Assembly (NCBI GenBank): GCA_965240325.2
Contig: OZ251227.1
Location: forward strand, 3,100,001 to 3,164,000
Length of the DNA: 64,000 nucleotides
Direction: 5' to 3'
Origin: Rebecca billardiae RCC1528
Lineage: Eukaryota > Protista > Haptophyta
The translations under genes were made by a program, and so were the position numbers. Shown here one piece after another: positions 41,010 through 53,815 of this stretch; position 1 is the first letter of the stretch; each line of letters begins with the position of its first letter. The notes beneath the pieces are model-generated. The model was not told the origin of the DNA and did not search any database. It saw only the letters and a list, made by a program, of their open reading frames with translations.

Positions 41010-42527
41010 CCAGGTCGTTCCCCCTGCACTGGGAATCCGCGGTTTGGACATACAAGAAAAACAGCCGGAGGACGCACCCGTCGCTACCCGCGAATAAGAT
41101 TTTCAGGTCTCGCGGGTGCGGATGTGCGTCAATCGATGAGCTGGTCTCGCAATCCCAAAATTGAGCCGCAACGAGATAGAGGGCAGGGAGCCCCCGGTGG
41201 CGGCTCGGCAGGCGAGGGCCGACCAAATCTTGACCTTTTGCCCTCGGCGGCAGGCGGCAGCGGCGAACGCGGCCGAGCGCCGTTGGCGGGGCGCGCCCGG
41301 GGCACGGCGCTGCGGGCGCGGATGTGCTCGCGGAGCCGGCTTGCGTGGACAGGCTGTCGCGGGAGAGTATCTGGCGCCCTCCTGTGCCGCGCGTCTCGCG
41401 CCACGCCTCTTTTCGCCGCGGCTCAGGGCAGCGCGCACGCGCGCGCCGCCTCGAGGCCAGCACAGCCGCGCCGGCAGCCAACCGCGCGCGCGCCGTGCGC
41501 GGCGTGGTCGGAAAGGAACGGGGGGTGCTGCCGGGCGAGATGACGACATCATGTGCGCACGCTATGCCGCCCCGCGGCGCCGCGAAAGGGCACGATAACG
41601 GATCCGCACAGCTGTTGACGAGTGCTGATTTCTTCGGTCGTGCCTGAAGCCAGACCTGAGCTCGAAGAAGATGATGAAAGTGCATCCGCGCGAGGAAGCG
41701 TCGCACCCAGCACTTCTACATGACCACGCGGTGATGAACATTCATGGAAGAGTATCCCGCTTGCCCGTCTGGCACTGTTCTGTGTCTCAATGATCGTCCC
41801 GACAAGGGTCACGACCGCGAGGCCGTGCCGCACACCATTTGTGACAACTCGAAGAGGCGTGCAAACGGACCGGCGACACGCTCGGCAAGGCGTGGCGGGG
41901 CGGCATGGCGTGCGCACATGATGTCGTCATCTCGCCCGGCAGCCGCGCCCGTTCCTTCCCGACCACGCCGCGCACGGCGCGCGCGCGGTCGGCTGCGGCG
42001 CAGGCAAGGCTGGCCAGTTGAGGCGGCGCGCGCCGTGCGCGCTGCCCTGAGCCGAGGCGAAAGAGGCGTGGCGCAAGACGCGCGGCGCAGGATGGCGGCA
42101 GATACTCTCCCGCAACAGCCCGTCCACGCACGCCGGCTCCGCGAGCACATCCGCGCCCGCAGCGCCCTGGCCCGCATCGCACTCGCCGCCGCCCGGCCGC
42201 AGGCCGGCGGGTCAGAAATCGGTGCTCGCACCCGCGAGGGCTCCCGCCTCCGGTCGCACGCGAAGAACTCATTCCTAGAGCATCGATTTCGTGAGCGGAC
42301 TATCGCTGACGAGGCTGATTACTGCTGTTCCACGGCTTTGCCGCGCTCGGGATTTGGCTTCTCGAATGGATGGATCTGGTTTCGTCATTTTTAATTGGAA
42401 AGCTCGATTAGATCGTTCAAGTGGTCTGATAGAGCAATCGGAAGACTAAATCTGCGTTGCTATGCCGCGGCCTCGCGCTCTGAATAGTGCGAAACCGCGG
42501 ATTCCCAGTGCAGGGGGAACGACCTGG
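41010..42527. mobile_element. 1518 bp non-autonomous Tc1/mariner-like element with perfect 36 bp TIRs and TA target duplication
   Basis: CCAGGTCGTTCCCCCTGCACTGGGAATCCGCGGTTT at 41010-41045 and its exact reverse complement at 42492-42527; TA on both sides. Confidence 0.88.
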
Positions 42528-42608
42528 TAAGTGACTAATCGCCGCCGCGTGCCCGTCGTTCACGTTGCAAGTGCCGCGCGCACGCGGGATTGGCCGTTTA
42601 GTTAGATG

Positions 42609-42611
<3 letters not shown>

Positions 42612-42681
<70 letters not shown>
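42612..42681. repeat. (TA)n microsatellite
   Basis: Perfect TA run. Confidence 0.95.
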
Positions 42682-42686
<5 letters not shown>

Positions 42687-44282
42687 TATATTATATTATA
42701 TGTGGCGTTATAACGGAGTTATAACCGAGTGTGTCGGGAGGCTGGAAAGGCGACGCGCAGCTGGTGGACAAGGGCCGCCATCGTCTTCTAGAATCTAGGT
42801 CCTGCAGGTAGTTGTAGCCGATTTCCGGAGCTCATCGGCCACTGAGCTATCCTTTATCATCATCATGGCGGCCGCTGGTCCTTTCATATCGGCCAACCAC
42901 ACTGGCTCCTCTATAAGTACCCGCTCCACTCCACTATCCGGCGCTCGAGATCATATCCAAGATCATCTTAAGTCGGCATGGCAACGTATTACCAAAGTTC
43001 ATCAAGCAGCCCACCTATCAGAGCTCGCTCGATCATCGGTTACACGACCTTTCCGCTTTCGGGCCAAGCTGCTCATCTCTAGGCCACCCCTGCTTGCCTG
43101 CGCATCGCCATCAGCAAAGCCCGAGGTCTCATCTCCTCTGCGTTCCTTGCTTGTGCTCGTTTCCCCACCATGCGCAAGTATATATATACATCACCATTTC
43201 TGCATGGCGTGTATCATCGGCATTTATTGCTGCATGCTCACATATGTGCTGCAATACCTGCCCTCGCATGCAGGCTCTGGTCACTGTCCGGGACGTCCAG
43301 CAGGGGTGCATTTAACCATTTGGGGGGGTCGGGGGGGGGCTCCCCCCAGCCCATCGAAGGACCAAATACGCCTCAATAGGGGCCCAACTCGCCAGATTTG
43401 CATGGGGATGGGCGCAGACTGCCGCAAATGCTGCGCTGAGCCTGAGGGCCGGAGCCGTGCAGCGGCGTCGATTGACAGCGTCAGCTGTGCGCCGCCTCGC
43501 GACGACCATGCGACGCCTCGCACAAAGCCCTGATCTCGGCGTCTCCCTCGCTAGTCAAGACGTAGCGTAGTGCTGGATCGAGCGACGCATCAGTGACCGC
43601 CGCCGCGGCCGCCGCACCTCGGCGCGCTCGCGAACTCGCTGAGCCGTCAGCCAAGCGCGAGCTCGTGCGCACGCCCGCGCCTCCGCGAGCTGACGGCACG
43701 GCCCGGGGCGCGAGCAGCTCGAGGAGCACGTCTTCCTCCGTGAAGCGCTTGTGAACGGTGCTGGCGGCAACCATGACGTGCTTCGGGCAACGGCAATCCG
43801 TATGGCCAGGGCAAGCCAGGGTCACCGTGTACCTGCGCTCGTTGGGAGATGCGCGCGCATTGTCCCACCCACGCGAGCGCGTCAACGAGCCCGTCGTCAT
43901 CGGATGGTCCTCTGTCTGCTTGGCCAGCTGACGTCTCCGCGCGCCGGGCGCGGCTGCGACACCCGACATGGCCGCAGCTCACCGTTGGAGTCCGGGAACT
44001 TGAAAAAAAAAGTTCAGCACGATGGAGTCCTCCGTGTTCGACGTGACGACGCCTTCGAACACGTCGAGGCGTGAGAAGACGTCGATTACTTCGATGAGGA
44101 CTACGTTACTTCGTCCGCCGCCCCGGAGATCTTTCGATTGGTACCCTCATCGCTCCCTGGCTCCCAGGGGTTCGACTAAATGCACCCCCCCCATAGGGTC
44201 AGTGGACGTCCCTGACTGTGGCTGGAGCCTGCACGTCACGCAGATTGTGGGTGATGTTCGTCCATACTCAATGGCGTCGCGT

Positions 44283-44496
<214 letters not shown>

Positions 44497-44604
44497 TGCT
44501 GCGTACTGTCACTGTAGTCAGGACGCGCCGTAAAGGCGTGACGACACACGTTTCGGCAATGCCAGCCGGCCCAGCCGCGGCCGGCGGTCACAACTACGCT
44601 TAGC

Positions 44605-45447
44605 TTACACGGCCGACGAGGCCTTCGCGGCCTGCGCCGAGCCAGGCGCGTCCGAGTCCTTGTACACGAGCGCGGCGCACACGACGGCCACCCAGGTCGA
44701 GAAGAAGCCGTTGCCCGCCCAGACGAACGGCGCGACGAACGTGAGGACGATCGCACCTGCCAGCCACCAGAGGAAGAGGAGCAGCACGACGTACGGGATG
44801 GCCTGGTTGAGCTTGTCGGTGCACTTGGGCACGAGGACGATCAGGATGCAGAGCGCGAGCGACACCGCGCCCACCGCCACCGCGTACGCGGTGAAGTGCT
44901 GGCAGTTGTTGCAGAAGACGGACGCGGCGATCAGCTCGATGATGGACGCCAGGACGACGCCTGCCATTGCCGGGCCGGTCTTCTCCATCTGCCCGGAGAA
45001 GGCGCCGACCACCGTCTGCACAGCGGAGGAGACCTCCAGGCCGTACAGGACGGAGCCGAAGAACGCGATCCAGCTCCCGAGGTAGCCGTTCGACACGACC
45101 GTGTACGGCCCGGCGAACGTGATCACGCCCGCACCAAACAGCCACCACACGCAGAAGAAGATGGCGACGAACGGCGCGGACTTGGAGGTGCAGTCGCGCA
45201 GCGCGCCGATCTTCTCGCCGATGAGCATGAAGAAAGCGACCAGCATGCTGATGAGGCCCGCGCACAGGGCCCACGCCGTGTACGAGCTGCAACCCTCGTT
45301 ACCCCAGGCATTGCCGTTACCCCTGCCGCTGTCACCGCCCCAGCCTTGCGCGCGCCCACAGCTGAACGCCCCGGCGAGGAAGACGACGGCGGAGGCAACG
45401 AAGATCAGGACCAGAAGGCCCCTGCCCGAAGGAGCCGAAGGAGCCAT
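44605..45447 (-). CDS. Multi-pass membrane protein made of two internal repeats
   Basis: About 8 hydrophobic helices; repeated WWL.GA.V.TF..P....NG....W.A motif. Confidence 0.8.
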   Translation of the reverse strand: MAPSAPSGRGLLVLIFVASAVVFLAGAFSCGRAQGWGGDSGRGNGNAWGNEGCSSYTAWALCAGLISMLVAFFMLIGEKIGALRDCTSKSAPFVAIFFCVWWLFGAGVITFAGPYTVVSNGYLGSWIAFFGSVLYGLEVSSAVQTVVGAFSGQMEKTGPAMAGVVLASIIELIAASVFCNNCQHFTAYAVAVGAVSLALCILIVLVPKCTDKLNQAIPYVVLLLFLWWLAGAIVLTFVAPFVWAGNGFFSTWVAVVCAALVYKDSDAPGSAQAAKASSAV

Positions 45448-46061
45448 GACGCTTTGAGGCTTGGCTTGGAAGGCGGCTGGCGAGAGAGGTATCCGCGCGC
45501 GAGGCTGGCTCTCGGCGTCGTCGATCGGCGCCGCAGTTCGGGAGCTCCCGGCCGGGTACGGTCTTGATGGGATTTGGGGCGTGAGTGAGCGTTTGGCCGG
45601 GCGGGCCCGGGCGGGCGGACGAAGCGAAGCGGACGTTGAAGCGGGTCGGAGATGATGGATTATTCATTATTCAGAGAATCAGAGTTGATGAGCGCGCCGG
45701 AGCCCGGCTGCGGAGCGGCGGCGGTCCGCCTCCGCAGTCCGCTCGAAGTCGAAGCGGCCGGAACGGGTACTTTATCAGTCTGAACAGGCGGTCAGGCGCT
45801 ACTATTCTGATTATGATACGCTATACTCACATTGCATACAGTGACAATACAGTCCCGGCGAGCCGGTCAGCGACCGTGATCGGTGATGCCAGCGTGTCTG
45901 CGTGAGCGTGCCACCACGGTGACCGTGTCCGATCGAGCCGCCGATGCTGTTATGTCATCATCACATTATAAGCATGCCCCACCCGCACGGCCACGCTCGT
46001 AAGATTCGTAACTGTCACTCAGTGACTGACTGCCAGTGCTCGGCAAGCGTGATCGGACGCC

Positions 46062-46933
46062 CTACACGGAGGGGCCGCGCGGCCGCGCGCTCAGGATGCG
46101 CTCGCTCATCACGTCGATCCACCACAGCGCAAGCACGAGGCGCTCCGCGGTGCTCGGCGCTTGCAGCACGGGCGCGAGGCTGTCCCCCTCCGTCCCAATC
46201 GCCTCCCACACCTGGTAGCTCAGCCGCGCGCTGCGCCTCCGCTGGGGGTAGTCTGGCGCGGGCGGCACGTGGCCGCACAGGCTGCCGTTGGCGGCGGCGC
46301 GCGCGTGCTCCACACGCGCCGCCTCGAGCGCGAAGCCCGGCGGCCAGCCCTGCGCGGAGCCCGAGCGCACACCGCCAGCGTCTGCCCGGCCGCTGCCACC
46401 CTCCGCGCCATCCAGGCCGCCGCCGTCCACTGGCGTCTCCTGCTGCGCTGAGCCAGACCGGTCGTCGACGGACCCCCCGCCGTCGTCGGCCTGGCCATCG
46501 CCGGACCCGCCGTCACCGGACTGGCTGTGGCCGGACTGGCCGGAGCCGGGCTGGCCGGAGCCGGACTGAGTGCGAGTCGTACTCCCGGGCTGGCCGCCCG
46601 GGGGCTGGCCGCCCGGCCGTGGGAGCAGCGCGAGGAGCGGCGTGGGCACGGGCGCGGCGGCGCCGCGGCCGTCCGGCTGAATCGCGCGCAGGAGCCGAAG
46701 CAGCGAATCCACGGCAGTCCACAGCTCGATCTCGAGATCGGGCAGGCCTGCGGTGGCCCGCGCGGCGGGCGCGGCGCCGGCTGGAGGCGGCCGCGAGGCC
46801 TGTGTGGAGCCGGCGGCCGGCGGCCGCGCGGGCGAAGCCGTGAGCGCGGAGAGCGCGCGCGTGGCGCGCGAGCGCCTCGAGAGCTCGGCCACATCCTCCT
46901 CCCACCGCGCGCGGAGCGCTGCCCACGCGTCGT

Positions 46934-47004
<71 letters not shown>

Positions 47005-47882
47005 CCGGCACCATCGGCCCGATCGTGAGCGGCGCCGTCCGCGCCGGCGTCGGGCTCGGCGTCGGTGTCGACGTGCCGCGCCTCAAGGGCGGCGTCGAGG
47101 GCGCGCGCGACGGCCCGCTCGGCCTCGGCGCGCGGGACCGCCGCGCTCGCGTTCAGCTGACACAGCGGATGCGGCCACGGGCCCGGCATCCCCAACACCC
47201 GCTCGGCAATCGCGCCGGGCACGAGCGACGAGTCCGCGATCTCGTAGCCGAGATAGGCCCGCGCTTCGGCGCACGCGCAGATCGTCGCGAGCGCCTCCGC
47301 CTCGGGCTCGGCGTCGGCGTCGTGGGGGTGGCGGCGCGGCGCGCGCTGAGCGCGGAACCGCGCGAGCGCGCGCCGCGCGCCGGGCAGGTGCGCGTCCACG
47401 TCCTCAGAGTCCGGGAGGTACCGGACATGCGCGCGCGCGTACGGCTCCGCTTGCGTGCGCGCGAGCACGCGCACGCGCGCCAGACCCTGCGAGACGAGGC
47501 GGAGCCGCGCGCCGCCGTCGGCGCGGCGGGCGTAGCACACACGCATCAGCGTGCCCACCCCCTCCTCCGCGCCCTCCGCGCCCGCAGCCACGTGCACGTA
47601 CGTCCACGGCGGCGGCGCGTCGATCAGCTCGGCGAACAGGCGCAACGCGCGCGGCTTGAAAATGTTCAGGTTGAGCTGAAAGCCGGGGAGCGCGACGAAG
47701 CCCCACTCGACCAACGGGAGGTCGAGCGAGACGCCGTGCAACTCGGCGGCGGGCAGCTCGGCGGCGGGCACACGCATCCGCGCGCCCGGCCGCGCGATCC
47801 CCGGCCTCCGCCGCAACGCGAGCGGCGTAGGCCCCGACGACAGAGCCAGCAGCCCGAGCGCTGGGCCGAGCGCGCCGCGCAT
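46062..47882 (-). CDS. LON peptidase substrate-binding (N-terminal) domain protein, probably organelle-targeted
   Basis: LPGFQLNLNIFKPR, VGTLMRV, LVSQGLARVRV..EPY and a C-terminal VLQAPSTAERL; low-complexity insertions including a (Gly-Ala)n run. Confidence 0.7.
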
Positions 47883-47987
47883 CGCGTCCGGGGTGGGCCC
47901 GTGGCGGAGCGCGCGGGCACGCACGCGTGCGGGGCGGCGATCTGTCGGCGAGCGCACTTGCAGGCTGATGCTCCGCTGCTGTGCACG

Positions 47988-48450
47988 ATGGCGGCCCCGC
48001 GCCCCCGCCCCCCAAAGTGCCTGCTCGGGCTTCCGCGGCGAAGCACGAGCGTGGCGAGGCGCATCCGGGAGCGCTGCGGCCGCTCGACCTGCCGCCCGAG
48101 CTGATCTTGCGCGTGGTGCTCCAGCTGAGGAGTGCGCGTGATCTCGCCGCCGCTAACGCCACGGCGAGCCTCTTCCGCGGCTCGCCCGGCGAGCGCTCGC
48201 CGGTCGAGCAAGCGCTGCGCGAGCGCGCGCGCGCGCGCGGGCACGATCGCGCGCTGCCGCCGACGCTACCCGTGGGCGTCTGCACGTGGGCGGAGGAGCT
48301 CTTTGCGCGCGAGCACGTGCTCGAGCTCGCGCACGCGCACTTGAACGTCGTGGCCGCCGGCGGGGAGCTTGAGGAGGTGTGCTTCAGCGCTTTGGTGTGC
48401 GCGGAGGGCTAGCTGCACACGTGCGGCGAGGAGCCGGTGCGGGACGAGGA
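47988..48450 (+). pseudogene. Disrupted F-box/RCC1-repeat gene fragment
   Basis: F-box-like LDLPPELILRVV..L.ARDLAA. RCC1-like VAAGG..FSALV.AEG*LHTCG with an in-frame TAG at 48410-48412. The nearest ATG (47988) is out of frame. Confidence 0.6.
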
Positions 48451-48765
48451 GAGTATGTTAATCTCCGAACTCTCAAGCGGAGTTACCAAGCGCGCCGAGC
48501 CGGTGTGGCCCGGCAGCCGCCCAGGCTCAGGGGCAGGCTTTCAAATTCAGATTCAGCTGAGACTGGCGCCAACTCAAACTGGCTGAAGAGTGAAGTTGAA
48601 TTTAGAATTATTATTAATAAAAACTCTGCGCGGGCCGCGGGCGGTGCCAGCATACAGCGCATATTCATTAGGCAGGCGCGCGGCACTAAACCGCCGTTGA
48701 TTAGATAGCAGCGCAGTCTCAGGCAGGATAATCGCGCGCGCGTGTGCCAGCAGGCGCTGGCACAG

Positions 48766-51480
48766 TCAGGCCGCTGCGACGCAGCTGGGCGCGCCGTGCG
48801 CGGCAGCAGAGCTGCGCGGCTTGGCCGGCACAGGCGATACTCCGCCCGCGTCGGCGCCGATGAGCGGCGCGGTCGTTGTCGTGCCCGGCAGCCCGGCAGC
48901 AGCGGCGGCGCGCGGGCCCGCGACGCCACCGGCCCGCGGCGAGGGCATCAGCGCGATGTGCGCGGCTGCAGCCAGTGACTGGAGCTGGGCGCAGCCGGCG
49001 GCCGAGGCGGAGGCGGGCGTGGCCCAGTCATTGGTGCGCTGCGCGCCGCCCGCCGCCGCGCCGCGCTCGGCGCCGCCAGCGGTGCGCCGCGGCGTGCCGT
49101 GCGCGGCGACGCACAGCGCTGCGGCCGCGCTGGGGAAGCACTGGGCGGCGCTGGCCGCGGGCGAGAGCGGCGGCGCGCTCTGCGTCGCGCGAGGCGGTCG
49201 CGGGCGCACGCCGCCGCTGTCGAAGGCTGCGCCGTGATGATGATGAGCGGACTCATCGCCGCCCTCGCACGTTCCCGCCGCCCACGCGCCGTGCTCGGCG
49301 GCGCCAGCGCGCGTGCCGGCGCGCGCCGCCGCAGCGCCGCCCGCGCTCACCCCCGCCCACGCCGCACCCGCACGGCCCGGCCGCGCGCCACCTTCGGCTT
49401 CGCGCAGCGCGAGCGCCAGGCTGTGCACCTCGGAGCCGTGCCGGAGCTCCCGCTCTCGGAGTTTCGTCAACGCGGCCCTGTGCGCGGCCTCGAGCGCGGC
49501 GGCGCGCGTGCCCTCGTCCGAGCGCGCGCGCGCGCGCCACGCGTGCAGCTCACCGCCCAGCGCGCGCAGCTCGCGCTCCGCCGCGTCGGCGCGCGCACCC
49601 TCGGCGCACGCAACGCGCAGGCAGTCGTGCGCCACCCACGCGGCCGTCTCCGAGGCGGCGGCGGCCGCGACGAGCGCCTCTCTCGCCTCGGCGAGGCTGA
49701 CGCCGACGGGGACGGTGACGGGCGGCGGCGGGCGCGGCGCAGCGGGCACGACGGTGCTCGCCGCCGCCGCCGCGCACGCCGCGTGCGCTCGCTCGGAGGC
49801 GCGAGATGTCGCCGTGCTCGGCAGCGGCGCCAGGCCGCTCACGCCGTCCGCTCGGCGCGCGCCCGCGCTCGCGCCCGCCGCGCCGCCGCCGCCGCCGAGC
49901 GGGCCGCCGCCGCTCGGCAGCGGGTGCTGCACGGCGGGCAGCGGCGGGCGCGCGCCGGCGGCCATCGCGTGCTCGTGCGTGAGCGCGTTGAGCACGCCGC
50001 GCGCCTGCGCCAGCTCCGCCTCGAGCGCCAGCGCGCGCCGTTGCCACGCCGCGGCCGCGTCTACATCCGCTAGCCGCGCGCGCTCGGCGCGCGCGGCGCT
50101 CTGTAGCTCCTGCCGGAGCGCTGCGTTCTCCGCAGCGTCGGCGGCGGCGCGCTCGCGCGCGCGCTGGAGCTCGGCCTCGGCGCTCAGCGCGTGCGCCACG
50201 CTGAACGCGCCGCCCGCGGCGCCGCCGCCCTGCGCAGCCGCGGGCTCCGCCGGCGCATCGTCGCGCTTCGACGGAGCGGCCGCGCGCCTTGCTTCCAGCG
50301 GCCTGCGGCGCGCGCCCGCGGCCGACGCGGCGCGCGTGGTGCGCCGGCCGCTGCGCGAGGCGCTGGCGGCCTCCGCCTCCGGCTCGGAGCGAGGCGTCGG
50401 CGACGCCGGCGCCTCGGCCGGCGGCAGCGTCGCCGCGGCGTGCGCCCGCTCGAGCGCGGCGCGCAGCAGTCCGGCTTCCGACGCGGCAGCCAAGGCGTCT
50501 GCGTTCGCGCCTTCAGCCTCCGCGATGGCTGATTCCAGCTGGCGCAGGTGTCGGAGCTCGCGCTCGCGCACGGCGGCGGCGACGCGCGCGGCCTCGGCCG
50601 ACGCGGCCTCGTGCGCCTCGCGCACGCCGCGCGCGCCCTCCGCCTCGGCGGCCGCCCGGCCGCGCGCCAGCGCGGCCGCGTCGCCCTCGGCGAGATCGAG
50701 CTCAGATTTCAGCATGGCTGCCTCCGCCGCCCACCGGCTGCCGCGCTCGTGGCCCTGTGCGCGGCCGCGATCGAGCTGCTCGCGCACGCCGGCCAGCTGC
50801 GCGTCGAGCTCGGCGAGCCGCGCGCGCGCCTCCTCGCCCGCCGCGCTCGCCTCGGCGCTCGCCTCGGCCGCGTCGGCGCGCGCGCCGCCCAACTCTGCGC
50901 GCAGGCGGTCCAGCTCGGCGCTCGCAGCGGCGCCGCGCGCCTCGTGCTCGGCGACGAGCGCCGCGGTGCGCGCGTCGTGCTCGCTGGCGAGCGCGGCACT
51001 CCGCGCCTCGTGCTCCGCGGCGAGAGTCGAGGTGCGCGCCTCGTGCTCCGCGCGCGCGCGCTCGAGCGTCGCCCTGAGCTGATCGCGCTCCGCTTCCGCC
51101 TCGCTCAGCGCCGCGCGGACCTTGTCGAACGCGGCGCGGAGCTTGCCGAGCTCGTCGGACCACACGCGCTCGGTGTTGTGCATCGCGCGCTTGTACGAGT
51201 CGCGCTCCTCCCTCGCGCTCAGCACGTCGGCCTCGGCCCACGACTTGGCGTCGGCGAGCGACGCCTCGGCCGCGCCTAGCGTGCGCCGCAGGTGCGCGTT
51301 GTCGACCTCCGCCTGCGAGAGGCGCTCAGCGAGCGCGTCGCGCTCGAGCTCGAGCGACTCGACCGTCGCGACGATCGGCTGGAGAGTCTCCAGCTGCGCG
51401 CGCGCGGCGCCGAGCGGTCGCTGCGACGCCGGCGCAGCGCCCGCGTCGTCATCAGCGTCGGTGGCCTCGGCGGCCGCCAT
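48766..51480 (-). CDS. Long coiled-coil protein of unknown function
   Basis: ATG 51480; heptad-rich Glu/Ala/Arg/Leu sequence with repeated AEHEAR units. 3' exon structure uncertain. Confidence 0.65.
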   Translation of the reverse strand: MAAAEATDADDDAGAAPASQRPLGAARAQLETLQPIVATVESLELERDALAERLSQAEVDNAHLRRTLGAAEASLADAKSWAEADVLSAREERDSYKRAMHNTERVWSDELGKLRAAFDKVRAALSEAEAERDQLRATLERARAEHEARTSTLAAEHEARSAALASEHDARTAALVAEHEARGAAASAELDRLRAELGGARADAAEASAEASAAGEEARARLAELDAQLAGVREQLDRGRAQGHERGSRWAAEAAMLKSELDLAEGDAAALARGRAAAEAEGARGVREAHEAASAEAARVAAAVRERELRHLRQLESAIAEAEGANADALAAASEAGLLRAALERAHAAATLPPAEAPASPTPRSEPEAEAASASRSGRRTTRAASAAGARRRPLEARRAAAPSKRDDAPAEPAAAQGGGAAGGAFSVAHALSAEAELQRARERAAADAAENAALRQELQSAARAERARLADVDAAAAWQRRALALEAELAQARGVLNALTHEHAMAAGARPPLPAVQHPLPSGGGPLGGGGGAAGASAGARRADGVSGLAPLPSTATSRASERAHAACAAAAASTVVPAAPRPPPPVTVPVGVSLAEAREALVAAAAASETAAWVAHDCLRVACAEGARADAAERELRALGGELHAWRARARSDEGTRAAALEAAHRAALTKLRERELRHGSEVHSLALALREAEGGARPGRAGAAWAGVSAGGAAAARAGTRAGAAEHGAWAAGTCEGGDESAHHHHGAAFDSGGVRPRPPRATQSAPPLSPAASAAQCFPSAAAALCVAAHGTPRRTAGGAERGAAAGGAQRTNDWATPASASAAGCAQLQSLAAAAHIALMPSPRAGGVAGPRAAAAAGLPGTTTTAPLIGADAGGVSPVPAKPRSSAAAHGAPSCVAAA

Positions 51481-51613
51481 GGACGACTTCGAAAAGTCCG
51501 GAGTAGTCCGTGACAACGGGCCGGGCGAGAGTCCGGGGTTTTATTTCAAGCTTGCCGCAAGAAGCGCTGAGCGGCGCGGTGGCTGATCGAGAGTGTGGCG
51601 GCCTGCAACCGCC

Positions 51614-53586
51614 ATGCCGCCGGCGCGCGAGGTGACCGCGGCGATGGTGCAGGAGCAGCTCGACGAGGAGGCGGGTGAGGCGCCCGGCAGCGTGGTCGAG
51701 CTCCTCCTCCACAACGTCGCCCTCGAGCGCGTCGGCCCGGCGCTCGGCGCCTGCGCCGCGCTGCGCGTGCTCGACCTGAGCTTCAACCGGCTGAGCGGGA
51801 TCGACGGGCTCGAGGCGCTCAAGGAGCTGCGCGAGCTGCGGCTGTACTGCAACCGGATCACGCGGGTGTCGGGGCTGCACGGCTGCGCCAGCCTGCAGGT
51901 GCTGCAGCTCCACGGCAACGCGCTCGGCGACGAGCCCGCGGGCGCGGGTGCGGCCGACGGCGTGAGGCCGCTGGTCGCGCTGCGCACGCTCACGCTCGAT
52001 CGGAACGCGCTGGGCGACGGCGGCGTCGCCGCGCTCAAGCTGTCTTCGAGCGCGCAGCTCGAGACCCTCCGCCTCTCCGACGCCAAGCTCACCAGCCTCG
52101 CCGCGCTCGCCAAGTGCCCCGCGCTGAGCACGCTCGAAGCCAACTCGAACGCCATCACCAGTGCGGCCGGCCTCGGCGCGAGCGCGGGCTGCCTGGCCGA
52201 GCTGCAGCTCTCGTCGAACCGCGTGGCGGATCTGCGCTCGCTGCGCGCGTACACGCGGCTGAGCATCCTCCACCTCAACGACAATGCTCTCACCTCGCTC
52301 GAGTGCGCGCCGCCGCGCCGCCGCGCCGCCGCGCCGCCCCTCCCCTTGCCGCCACGCCGCCGTGCGCTTACGCGCGCGCGCACGGACGCCGCCCCCTCTC
52401 GCCGCCCGACACGCCTGCAGTGGCATGCCCCGCCTGCCAGCGCTCGTGGAGCTCCAGCTCGCGCACAACCGGCTCGCGTCGCTCGCGCCGCTCGGCGCGG
52501 CCAAAGACCCGCCACGTCCGCCGCCCGGCGCCGCCCCCGCCGCCTCGGGCTCGGCCGGCGGCGCCGCGGCCGGCGCGCCCACCAGACCTGGGCGGATGCG
52601 CGCGGGCTCGAGCGCGGGCTCGAAGAGTGGCGCGGGTGCGTCCGGCTCGCGCGGCGGCAGCGCCGCGTCCGAGCCCGCGGACGCCGCCGCGGCTACCGAG
52701 CCCGGCGCCCTCCTCCCCGCCCTCGAGGTGCTGGACGTTTCCGGGAACCTTCTCGACGGCGCGCCCGCGCACGCGGTCGCGCCGCTCGCGGCTCTCAGCT
52801 GCCTCGTCGAGCTGCGGCTGCAGGGCAACCCGCTCTGCGCGCACGACGGCTGGGCGGGCGCGGTGCACGCCGCCCTGGCCGAGCGGCTCGAGCGGCTGAA
52901 CGACGTGCCGGCCGCCGAGGCGGCGCTCCTGGCGACCGCTGAGCTCGAGGGCGAGACTGAGCGCGCGGCGCTTGCGCAGCAGCGGCCGGCGACGGCGGCG
53001 GGCGCCTCTCGGCCGGCGACGGCGGCGGGCGGCTCGAGGCCGGGGACGGCGGCGGGCTCGAGGCCGGGCACGCCGGCCGCGGGAGGCCCGCCCGGCACGC
53101 CCACTCGGCGCGCGCCGCCGTCCGCGCCGCCCACGCCGGGCGAGGGCGGCGCGGGCGGCCGCGTGGCGATTCCGCTTGTCCGGCCGCCGTCGGCGCGGCG
53201 CGCCGAGCGCGCCGCGGCGCGCCTGCCGAGCAGCGCGGAAGACGCGCTGCTCGAGGCGGAGCGCAGCGCGGTGGACATGCGCGCGCGCATGGCCGCGCGG
53301 CTCGAGCGAGCCAAGAGCAGCCTCGGCGAGCCCCGCGAGATTTATATCTCCCGAGAGCAGCTGCAGCGCGAGATTGCTCGAGATTGCATCTCGCGAGAGC
53401 AGCCGTCCGCGCCTGAGCGCGGGGAGGCGACCGCCGACGGCGCCGACGCGCAGCCGCTCGCCACGCGGACGGAGGGCGCGGGGCCGGCGGGGCCGCGCGT
53501 GGGGGCCGCCTCCGAGGAGCCGCCGCGCGCGTCCGCGCGCGCGCGAGCGGCGTTGCAGCCGAGTGGCTCGGCGGGCGTGGCGGCGC

Positions 53587-53618
<32 letters not shown>

Positions 53619-53781
53619 CCGGCGGCTGAGCGCAAGCCGGCGGTGGCTGCGCCCGCGAGCAAGCTCCCCGCAGCACCGGGCTGCGCCACGCCACCGTCGG
53701 CCACGCCTCAAGTCGGCCGCGTCACGCCCACCGCCGCCGGCAGCGCTGGCAGCAGCTGCGCCTCGAGTCGTGCGTCGAGCC

Positions 53782-53815
<34 letters not shown>

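Noticed and set aside
42865-44270. ORFs 42865-43533 (+) and 43481-43969 (-)
   Set aside because: No recognisable motifs, stops interrupt the flanking frames, and the region lies between repeats; probably a decayed element.
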